A stretch of DNA of 42,109 nucleotides, from contig NW_008246090.1 of NCBI RefSeq assembly GCF_000281045.1, positions 649,311-691,419 of the forward strand, in the 5' to 3' direction. Shown in pieces: positions 24,928 through 34,787 of this stretch. Made by a program: the position numbers and the translations under genes. Below the pieces are notes generated by a model. It saw only the letters and a program-made list of their open reading frames with translations, did no database searches and was not told the origin of the DNA. This DNA comes from Saprolegnia diclina VS20. Its lineage: Eukaryota. Numbering within the stretch: the stretch's first letter is position 1; each line of letters starts with the position of its first letter.

Positions 24928-25885
24928 CGACTGCTACTTGCTCGGGCCGACGACGGAAATGACCAACTAAGCTCTGACAACATCTTTATCCGGATACGCA
25001 TCTCGGTGGTGTGTTTAAAACAGTCCATGTCAAATCCAACAGGTGTATCAAACACGTGTTGCAATCAAGACGCCATTGCGAGCTTCCGAGAGTGGGACTG
25101 CCGACTCGCGACGTGGCAGTGCACCACTTCGGGTGGAGCTTTCCGATGCGTGGGTTTGCAGACGCCCACGTACTCTCTACCATACGAGCCAAATGGTCGG
25201 CCTCAGTAGAACAGTCGAGAGATACCTTTCTGCAGCGGTCATGGGAGTAGAGCGCTGGAGCTGAGCGCTGGGTGTTGTCGTGGGGCCGAGCGTCGTCCTC
25301 ACCTTTTACTGTACAATTCGAGCGTATCATTGAGTCTCCCCGGGACCTTGCGCCAAACATGTATGTGGGTTGGGTCTACACGCTCCAAGATCACCGACGG
25401 ACTTGCCGCGTCAAGCTTTGGACTTTGCGTCGTCGTCATGAAGTGGTCTGTGAAAGTGCATCTCTCAATTCAGGTCCAACGTGACCAGAAGCAGCCGCGC
25501 AATCGCACACTAGAATCAGATGCGCGGCTGACGCGCTGTGATGTGAGCTCGACCCAGCCCCTGCCATCGCCACAAGCTGCAGATGCAACAAACTGGCCAC
25601 AGCCGTGTTCTCAGCTCGTGACCCACTCTTTACAGCCCAGACTCGAGTACACTGCAGGATGCGAGTCTTCTCGACCCAGCGAGATGTCCACCATCGTGCT
25701 CAAACTCTCGGACTTGCGCCGCATGCATTCGTGCTGCGTCACGGTAGGTAGCTCACTCGTTGTCGTGGGCTATCGACAGGTCAAACCAAGTAGGTCGCTG
25801 CTAGTGCAGACAATCAAAGGCCAATCCTCCCGGACTGGGATTTGCAGGCGCCTGGATACTTGAAGAGCGCACGCCACGTCGCTGC

Positions 25886-25892
25886 TCACTCT
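25886..25892 (+). promoter_or_regulatory. Initiator-like motif (GC-TCACTCT) upstream of gene H
   Basis: YCAYTYY match followed by a pyrimidine tract shortly before ATG 25910. Confidence 0.4.
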
Positions 25893-25909
25893 TTCTTCTT
25901 CCGCCGGCC

Positions 25910-27136
25910 ATGGCACGCAAGGTGCGGATCTCAGAGCAGAGTCTTATCTCGCCGACGTCGTTCGTCGCGAGCCAGAGTCACTGCAACCTCTGCACCAAGA
26001 AGCTACACTTCTTTTACTACAAGCACCACTGCCGCGTGGTATTCTGGACCTGTGGACCGTGCTTGTCTCACATTGCCCTTAGTGCGGCAAGATCGTGTGC
26101 GGCAAATGCAAGGAGCTCGCGCTCGTGGAGCTCCCTGGCGACAAGATCGCCGACGTCAAGGTCTGCGCGTCCTGCATCGTTCAAGTCGGCACGCCGGCCA
26201 CGTCCATCGCGACCGAGTCCGTGTCCTCCGGAGGGTCGGGCGGGTCGGCGCCGCGCCTTTCGTCCAGTCGATACGTGAGCGCCAGTGTACGCGTCCCTCG
26301 GCTGAGCGACCTCCCCGAGCTGCATGGCACCGACTGCTGCTTTGTGTGCAACCGCGTCTTTAGCACCCACCACCCCAAGCACCAATGCCGCAAGGTACCT
26401 ACAAATTCGATGACAACGAGGACGCTAATACCGCGTTGCAGTGCCGCAAGGGCGTCTGCTACAGCTGCCGCATGAACGCCAACGACCCTCTCTTCATCGA
26501 GCTCGGGCTACCCTTTCTCATGGCGTGCTGGACGTGCGTGGCCGCGAGCGACGCGATCCAGCTCCAGAGCACCGATCACTTTTCGAGCCCGTACGCTACT
26601 ACCTCGACGGTTCCTATGTGGGGCGGTGGAATGATCGTATATATGGTACCATTAGGCTCGCGCCGGCCGAGGCGACGCGGCTCGAGGCACTCTACGACTT
26701 GCACATCCTCGACTCTGGTCCGGACGCGGCGTTTGACATCCTCTGCGACCTCGCCGCCCAAGAGTTCAACTGCCCGATCGCGGTCGTGTCGTTCATGGAC
26801 TTCAATCGCCAGTGGTTCAAGGCGCAGATGGGGCTCACCGACTCGGAGGTCCCAAGAGCGTTCTCGCTCTGTGAGAAGGCGCTCAAGGCCACGGAGGCCA
26901 TCGCCGAGTGGGATATTCGCCTCGACGCGGAGCTCGCATTGCACCCGCTCGTGCAAGGAGGCCCTCGCATCCGGTTCTACGCCGGTGCGCCGCTCGTGGC
27001 GCCGTCTGGCCAAGCGGTTGGCACCATCTTTGTGCTCGACAGGGTGGTCCATGAGCCACAGAGTCTAGGGCGGCTCGAGGAGCTTGCCGCGATCGCGATG
27101 AAGCTCGCGCTGGCTGGCAAGACCAGCGGCTTCTAG
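25910..27136 (+). CDS. FYVE-FYVE-GAF protein (array gene H), ~356 aa
   Basis: join(25910..26038,26083..26394,26442..26590,26656..27136). KHHCRV|CGKIVC, KHQCRK|CRKGVC. A third 65-bp gtacgc...attag intron is needed to reach the GAF frame (SSP|LAPAEATRL). Confidence 0.82.
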
Positions 27137-27252
27137 CACCCGCGACTCTGTCGAGTATGGAATGACGTGTTTTATGTTCAATACGGTCGACGATGGGTTA
27201 GGTTAAACACGTACTAAGATAACGAAAACTAGGGTATTTTCGAGCCAAGTTG

Positions 27253-28899
27253 CTACCCATACCGGTGGATGCGGGTGCTGATCGTGACGCGGCAGATGGG
27301 GCACTGCGTGAGCCGACTTGCGCACTGCCCGCACGTCTCGTGGCCGCACTGAAACACCATGTCCTTCTTTTTGTCTTCGCAAATCGGGCAGAGCGTTGCT
27401 TCGTGCAGCGCCCGCATGCTCTCGACAAGGCGCGCGTCCGCCAGCGACGGCGTCGGCACGGCGCCTTGGAGTGGCGATGTACACACTTCACAAGCACTTG
27501 CGCTTGTCGCGTTCAAGTACGTGCACACGGGACAGGCCACTTGGTTGCCCCGCAGCACCGGGGCCGACGACGGGGCTGTCGGAACGTTGGCGGGAATCGT
27601 CTTGGCCGACGCCACGGGGTAGGCAGGATACGCGCTCGGTGCACTCGTTGGTGCAGCTCCCTGGTAGCCCATGGGCGGTCCCGGGTAGCTCGTCGAGGGT
27701 CCGGGGTAGTTCATCGGTGGTCCGGGGTAGCTCATCGGTGGTCCGGGGTTGCTCATCGGTGGTCCGGGGTAGCTCATGGGGGCCCCGGGGTACGCCATAC
27801 CGTTTGCATTGAGAGTCGGAAGAAACGGCGCCGGCAGGACAGGCACCGGCGGCACTTGGTGCCGAAGCCCGTTTGGCGACATCAAGTTGAGCTTCCGCAC
27901 GAGCTGGTACTGCTCCGGGATCTCCATGAGGGCGTGGAGCGCAAACTGCGTCTCGCGGCGCGTCGTGTCGGTAATGTGACGCGTGACCGCATCAAAATCG
28001 ACAAACTGAAAGTTGTCAAAGCGGCGGCTCGGCACGTTGTCGTCAAAGATGTGCATCATGTCCCACGGGCCGTCACCGACACCGACAACCACGATGCTCA
28101 GCGGAAAGTTGGACGCGTAGCTGATCGCGTTGAGCGTGTCTTGCTCGTGCTTGGAGAACTGGCCGTTCGGCACGTCGACCGACCGCGTCACTTGGCCGTC
28201 GGCAATGAGCACGAGAATGTGGTACGCCATGTTGTTTTGCTGGACAATGCGAAGCGCTTGGTAAATCATGGGCGCAAAGGTCGTCGGACCGGCCATCGAG
28301 ACGTGCGGGACGACGTCACGGTACCGCGCACGCACGTCACCAAGGCGGTAGCCTGGCATCGCGTTCGGCCCCAGCGGCATGAACGAAAAGACGGCCGAGT
28401 CGCTCGTCGACTCGTCGCCAAAGCCATACACTGGAATCGTGTTGTCGTCGTCTAGCAAGTCGGTGCGCTTGCATGAGATCCATGACCATAAGTAAGCGGA
28501 TGCGCGTACCGTATTCGCAGAGCGTCTTGCTGACAATGTCCATCACCTGCTCGTACGGGTTGCGCTCGGGCAGCTGGATATCGTGGAGGCAACGACCGCG
28601 AAACGTGCGCTTCCCGGTCCACTCGTTCGACTTGGTGACTAGAGACACAGCAGCAATCATGAGCGAAGGTCCGATACAGCGGCCAAGCACGCACAGTCGA
28701 TGCCAAGGATGAGGTTGCTGCTCTCGAGGCCCTTCCGGCGCAGGTCTAAATGAGCCATTAGCCCTCGATGGCCGCGGTATGGCTACGGTAGCTTACCTCG
28801 CTTGAGGTCGTTGAGGTTCATGTAGTTGTCCTGGATGCTCTTGGCGCGCTGGATCGTACGTGGCGCCTGGCCCGTCGGGGTTGACGACGAGCTGCCCAT
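27253..28899 (-). CDS. RGLG-like E3 ubiquitin ligase: myristoylation motif, copine vWA domain, Pro-rich repeat, NZF/RanBP2 finger, C-terminal RING, ~493 aa
   Basis: complement(join(27253..28451,28510..28638,28695..28745,28797..28899)). MGSSSS start; GLESSNLILGIDFTKSNEWTG, YDDDNTIPVYGFGD, GPTTFAP, YHILVLIADGQV, RRFDNFQFV; RING CPICEDKKKDMVFQCGHETCGQC..CPIC. Confidence 0.92.
27667..27792 (-). repeat. Coding tandem repeat, 6 x 21 bp (YPGPPMS heptads) in the RGLG-like gene
   Basis: YPGAPMS YPGPPMS NPGPPMS YPGPPMN YPGPSTS YPGPPMG; DNA period 21 (gctcatcggtggtccggggta on the + strand). Confidence 0.9.
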
Positions 28900-29558
28900 G
28901 CTGCTCGCGGTTGTGTCAATTGAAAACTACCTAAACTACCTTGGCAACCGGAACGTTCTCGTATCGAGTTCAACTGTTCTAGTAACAAAAATGAAATTTC
29001 GCCAGCCAATCACCATCGCGTATGGGACCAGGATGCTCTGGCATGTCACGGCCTGTCCACGCTCCTGAAAATGGTTTTGCCACAGCCTCAGCCACGGCCT
29101 CCACAAGCGGGCGCCTCCAAGTTGATCGCAATCTAGTGCTTTGAGGGCTAGCGCTAGAGACAATGACGCGGTGCTTGAAGCGTGCAGCGAAGGTCGATAC
29201 CCGCCAACGACCAACGCTCTTCTTGCTCAATGCACGTTGACACGATGAATCATTGAACCTCAAATCTGCGACAATGATTCCATTCAGGATATTTGAATGT
29301 TGTGGACACGGATGAAAAGAGAATTTACATCATTAGAGATCGATTTTTGCTCTCCACTGTCCTACACGTTTGTCCTACGCTTGTGGATTCATGAAGTGTA
29401 CTCCAACCCTGACACGCCCGAAGCCCCTTGGAGTGCTAAAAGAGCTGTGGATGTCTGCCATCCAGCAATTTGGGAAATCAGTGCACGTATTCTATAATAG
29501 TAGATATTTATAGGTATATTTAGTTGAGACTTGCAGAATTCAAAGGATGCATGGTCAA

Positions 29559-31370
29559 CTAGGCTGACGACGGTCGTGGTGCCGCGTTGAAGAGCGCCGT
29601 ATAGACCAAATTCATATACTCTGGCGACGTTGCAGTCTCTGGTCGATGCACAAAGAGGATGCGAGCTCGAATGTTGAGGTCTTCAAGCGCCATGCTTGCG
29701 TGCTGCACCTCGGCCAACACCGTCGCGTCGGCATCATAGACGAGTGTGAGGGTGCGCTCCTAGCTCCGCGTCATTCGATGTTCTCTCTAACAACCGCAAC
29801 GCACCTCGGCAGTGGGCGGCACAAGGTCGCTGAGAATCTCGGGTGTTGGTAGCGCCGCGCTTATCGACGGCATGAGCACGGCTCGAAAGTAGCCCGGCGT
29901 CGCGGCCAGCTGCGTCGAGTCGCGCGAACTCAGGTACACGACAAAGCTGCCGTGCACGGGGAGGCCGACGTACGCCACGTACTGTAGTGACGCGGCGTTT
30001 CCATGGCGCCAGTCGCCGCTAATCGCCAAATCGGGCAGCATCACATCATCGTCCGCAGTCGTGTGGACGTAAATGTGTGTGCCGCGCTGGACCTTCTCAG
30101 CGAGGTAGTGCAGCTGCACCTTCTTGCGCTGGTAGCGCTCGCGGCGCCACTTGCGATAGAGCTCGCGCGGCACCAAGTAGAGCAGAGCCAGAGGGATGCC
30201 AACGACAAGGCCAGCCGCCGCGATGGCGCCACCGGCAAAGACGCCCGCCGTGACGAGCGTCAAGGCAATCGACTGCGTGACAACGCGGATCGGGAGGCAG
30301 GGACCCCAGCGCGGCGAGGCCAGGATGGTGGCCAGGTGGCAGTAGCGTTGCGCCCTATGATGTGCAAGAAATCAGACAAGTTGTCCATACTATTACACGC
30401 ATCGTACATCCAGTTGTTGTGCGTGCGCCACGTAATGTTGCATGTCCAGCACCACTCGTGGCGGCATTTCTGACAGGTCATGTGCTGGCAACTAATGTAA
30501 TCTGTCTTCAGGCGACAGGACAACCGAAGACGCGTACCCGTCGTTCTTCCAGATGCGGTACCCGCAGCTCGGGCACGGCGCGACAGCTTTCGTGCTCGAC
30601 AATGCATTCATCGACTTTTCCCAGTTCATGTACATGCTGTCGAGCGCCTAGAGCCGCGTCACTACTCCATCATGCAAGGTCCAATAGGACGTACTTGGCT
30701 GCAGGTCCGGAACGGATGCGACGCGTTGCCACACTTGAAGCAGCCTCTCGCTCTGCACTTGTGGCACACAAACGTCTTCTCACGCGGGTCGCACTCGATC
30801 GCAATGTTGCACTTTGGGTTGGGGCAGTGCCGGCCGTGTGGCAGCTTCTCAAACTACCGACGTGTGAGACCCAGCATACGCCAAAGAGATACCTCGATCG
30901 ACGCCGTAAAGTGCAAGTACTTGAGAAACACCGCTTCGGTCGTCGTGCGAAGAATGTCCATGGCGTCCAACGCCCGGCGGCAATCGAGGACGGGGCACGT
31001 GAGCTGCGTTCCTTGCACCTCGCGCGTGTCGATCTTGGCGGCGACGTAGGCTTGGATGCACCCTACGAACGTTGTCAAAGCTCTGTGTACGCCAATCGAC
31101 CGCACCTTTGCAGTAGGCGTGCCCGCAGCTCAAGGCCAATTGCGCTACTTCAGGCACTTCAATTGGCTCGGTCGCGACCGCGGATGGCACCGCTTCCAGG
31201 CAAATGCAACAGCACTCGGCGCGGGTAGGATTCCGCTCGACCGAGGGCTCTGTCGTCGCGACGACAGTGTCATCGTCGTCGTCGTGCGACGATGGCAGAT
31301 CCTTGAAGGCTGCAAGGATGAGCATGAGCTCGCCATGAAGCATCGCGCGGTCGGTGGCGGTCAAGGTCAT
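29559..31370 (-). CDS. RBR (RING1-IBR-RING2) E3 ubiquitin ligase with a hydrophobic membrane segment and C-terminal extension, ~512 aa
   Basis: complement(join(29559..29759,29805..30354,30408..30491,30538..30647,30695..30853,30893..31062,31106..31370)). RING1 CCICL..CGHAYCKGC..CPVLDC; IBR CPNPKC..CHKC..CFKCGNASH..C; RING2 CPSC..KNDGCQHMTCQKCRHEWCWTC; then LVTAGVFAGGAIAAAGLVVGIPLALLYLV. The last exon is less certain (unspliced stop at 29787). Confidence 0.85.
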
Positions 31371-32495
31371 AATTCAACAATGGCTCGCAAGGGCAATGTC
31401 GATCGCCTCAGTATTCGATATTCGCAGTGCTGGCAGCCGCCAATCAGCACGCGTGTTCGACAAATCAAGCCAATCGGAGCGCGTCAACGGGACGACCCAA
31501 TCCAGTTGTCCCACGCATGTTGACCCGCAATATCGCAGGATTTTTTTCCATCGACCTTCGACGTGCACCGAGACTAGGTGCAGAGCCACGCCGTGGTGGG
31601 ATACTACTCGATCCTGCTATCTGCTCGACCGGATCAGGTGCAAGGTGCAAGGCAAGAGAACGGGCAAGTGCTCAGGAGCCGACGGTTTTGGCATGTTGCC
31701 ACCAACTGCGTGCATGCAACTCGAAACGCTCAAGCAGTCGGTTCCGATCACCCGGAAAAAGTAGTTTAGTCCAACGCACTCCGACGCATCGTGGATACGT
31801 ACAGTCGTACGAGCAAATGGTGGCTGCTCCACGTGTATCGGAAGCCGTGTGGTGCCCGCATGATGCTCCTGCGATCGTCGACAGAAGCGCACCGCCATGG
31901 TTGCCATTTTCAAAATGGCCATTTCAATGAAAGGATTTCGCAGAGTATTGGACGCAGCTGGCGCCGGCTCTTCCCAGCAACGTCCATGATGAGCAGCACT
32001 GAAATGTTGAAGTGGGGACACAACCGTGCACTTGGCTTGTGCACTTCGTACCTCTCGTACCGTCAACCACGGTGCCTTGAAACTTCGGCGCACCTTCCGC
32101 ATCGGCACGTGGCGGCGTCTCTCGGTCGCTGTCCTCTTCGGCGGCCGGTTGCAGTTGCTTCGTACGAGGGAAAACCAGCTGCAAACGTACATGGCCTCTA
32201 CAAGGACACTGTACGATTCCATGTGGTCGCCGACGCTTGGGCTCAAGTTGAGCCCAAGCGCGGAGTTGAGCCTCAACTCCTCGCCTTGCTGGGTCGTCGT
32301 CGACCGAGACGACGAGCGTCGCCTTTCTCTGCAGGGTCACCTAGCGCGGCTTTGGCACGGGTGCCACCATATCCAATCGCAGCACAAGCCGCCCATTACA
32401 CAAGGTCCGCTAGCCAGACCGTGACACGCGCGTAAAGAAACAGGCCGTACTACATAGTGCAACCTGATCCGCCCACTTGCAAACCCACCGTGAAG

Positions 32496-32870
32496 ATGAC
32501 GCCGATCGCCATGCGCCGGCGTACGAGCCCCAACAACGCCGCCATGACGCCGCTCAAAGAGTCGCTGCCCTCCAAGTACGACTCGTTCTTCACAAAGTCG
32601 ACGTCGTCCGTCTCGGACACGGCGCCCGCGTCGCCGGCGTTGTACCCGCCGCTCAAGCCGCGCGGCATGTCGTTGCCGCAGGTGACACTCACGACGCATG
32701 GCCCCAAGCCACGGACACTCACGGTCGACCTCGAGCGGCCACCGCTGCCCCTGCCCAACGTGGCCGTGGACTTTAATTTTCAGAGCATTTTCCAGCGCAT
32801 CCACGAGTGCGTGCACAAAATTCAAGATATCAAGAAGGACCTCGAGCACGAGACGACGCGCCATCGATAG
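32496..32870 (+). CDS. Small hypothetical protein (~124 aa), Ser/Pro-rich with a C-terminal amphipathic/coiled helix
   Basis: Open frame with GC3-rich codons like neighbouring genes; C-terminus FQSIFQRIHECVHKIQDIKKDLEHE. No recognised domain. Confidence 0.6.
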   Translation: MTPIAMRRRTSPNNAAMTPLKESLPSKYDSFFTKSTSSVSDTAPASPALYPPLKPRGMSLPQVTLTTHGPKPRTLTVDLERPPLPLPNVAVDFNFQSIFQRIHECVHKIQDIKKDLEHETTRHR

Positions 32871-32969
32871 AGTGTCGACGACGAGACCTCTTCTCTCTTT
32901 GGCAGCGACTCCATACAACACGTCATATTTATCATCACGCCGTCTTGAGTCACGCGGCGCTTCGTCGTC

Positions 32970-34535
32970 TTATATGCAGCTCGTGTGGTACGGGAACCCC
33001 GTCGCGTAGTCGCGAAAGGTCGGGGGCACAAAGGCGCTGTCCGACGCGTTCTTGGCCCTACACACGTCTCAGAGGCTGAGATAGAAGGTTGGAGCGTACA
33101 AGATCTTCTTGCAGGCCATGCACGGTGTGTTGTACAGCTTCTCATAGTTGGCGAGCCAGCTCTAAGGTTGGGATAAGGCAACATATTGACACGGGCGTGC
33201 CACATACAAAAAAGTGGTAAAAGCTCGACTCGGGGTAGTGCACGCGGAAGTAGTGCAGCGCCTAATGAGCATATTATTAGCTGTCGATGAAGACAATAAA
33301 CGACGCACAGACCTTGCGGGCATGCAGCGTGATCTGCTCAAAGACACAATGCTTGGAACTCGACCAAGCGCCGAGCGGCGCGTCTTCGTTGGGCGGGAGG
33401 ATGCTCACGCGATCAATGTACTTGGTCACTTGGAGCCCCGCGGCTTTGGCGAGCTCCTGCTCCTTCCCCGTCTCTCTGGCGTCAATGATAAGCTTGCGTA
33501 GCTCTTCTTGCTCTACATCTACTATGAGACGACGAGACCGAAGCGAGAAGCGCTCACCGATCTTGGTTGCCTCCTCGGCCGCCATCTTGGCCTTGGTCAT
33601 CATGTCGTCGCGCCGAGGCTTCTTGGCAACGATCTTCTTGGCCTTGAGCTTGGCCGCGCGCGTCGCTCGGCTGCGGTGGTACGCGGGCGAGTTGGGTGTC
33701 GACGGCGTCATCGGGCTCGCGGCGACGCCCGACTCGCCGTTCGGTCCGCCCTCGGGAATCGCCGGGCAAAAGCTCATGTAGACCATCATTTCTTTGTTGA
33801 CTTCGCACGAAATCGACTTGATGACACGCCGACCACCCCGGGTCGTCTCGGTGTGCTTCCAGAACTTGATGCTCTTGTTGCGACGCATGATGTAGTCCAT
33901 CATCTCGTTCAGGTCCACGGGCTGCACGTCGCCTTGCTCGTCAAAGACCAGCATGCGCGCGCGCTTTGTCGGCTTGGGCACGAAGCGCTCGTTAACCTGC
34001 AACAAGGTACATATCGTGGATTGTGACGAGGAAGCGTACCGTCATGACCGCCTTGACCTTCTCGGGTTGGCCACTGCCCGGGTGCAAGGACGCGCCTGGC
34101 GCGGCGACGTACTCCATGCGCGGGAACCACTCGGTCATTTGCGCGAGCCACACGTTGGCGCCTTTCCCCGCCATCTCGTGGATCTGCCATGCTATGTAAG
34201 AAGAGAACGTCGCCAGCGCCATGTAGCAGTACCTGCGTCTTCCAGTAGTACTCGAGCATAAGGTTGCGCTGCGTCTGCGAGACGGCGTCAATGTTCTTTG
34301 TCTTGTCCTCAAACTCGGGGCTGAACTTGCGCAGGACGTTGAGGTTGGTCTGGACGCGGTCGAGACGGTTCTTGAGCGTCGTCGTCCCGACCGCCAAGGA
34401 TGCCGGGTCCTCGTCCTTGGCGCCAGAGCTGCCGCCATGAAGCGAGCTCAGCTCTACCATGAGCGCTTCCGTCGCAGCGCGGAGTGCGCCCACGCGGCCG
34501 CCGAGGATGTCTGCTAGGCCGATCGGGTCGCTCAT
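32970..34535 (-). CDS. MED27: Mediator complex subunit 27, ~444 aa
   Basis: complement(join(32970..33057,33100..33161,33208..33261,33313..33996,34040..34183,34233..34535)). The spliced C-terminus WSSSKHCVFEQITLHARKALHYF..FFSWLANYEKLYNTPCMACKKIL..FVPPTFRDY..YHTSC matches the MED27 pattern (W-S-x-S..VF..(V/I)T.HA; WL..Y..L...C..C.K.L...PPT.RD....H..C). Confidence 0.85.
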
Positions 34536-34787
34536 GGCCGCTGCCTTGCCTGGTGCAAAGAAATTAATGCAATTACAAAATTTAAGCCAATCCAACACCG
34601 TCAAACGAGGATATTTTAACCAATTACACGGATCGAAGATGCGAACTTTTGGCCAATCCTAGGCTACCTCGTGAGATTTTGGTCATCGCATCAAATGGCA
34701 CAACACCAAATTTCATTTTACATGAAGCTGCGGCCTACTCATGCGCCTGCACCTACGCTGCAGACAGCACACCGGCGTTTAGTGGTC

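Noticed and set aside
27667..27792. CRISPR-like array or RNA polymerase II CTD
   Set aside because: Spacer-less in-frame coding repeat inside an E3 gene; the sequence differs from YSPTSPS.
25910..31370. Functional cluster linking the FYVE-GAF array with two membrane-anchored E3 ligases
   Set aside because: Eukaryotic adjacency alone is weak evidence; no shared regulatory element seen.
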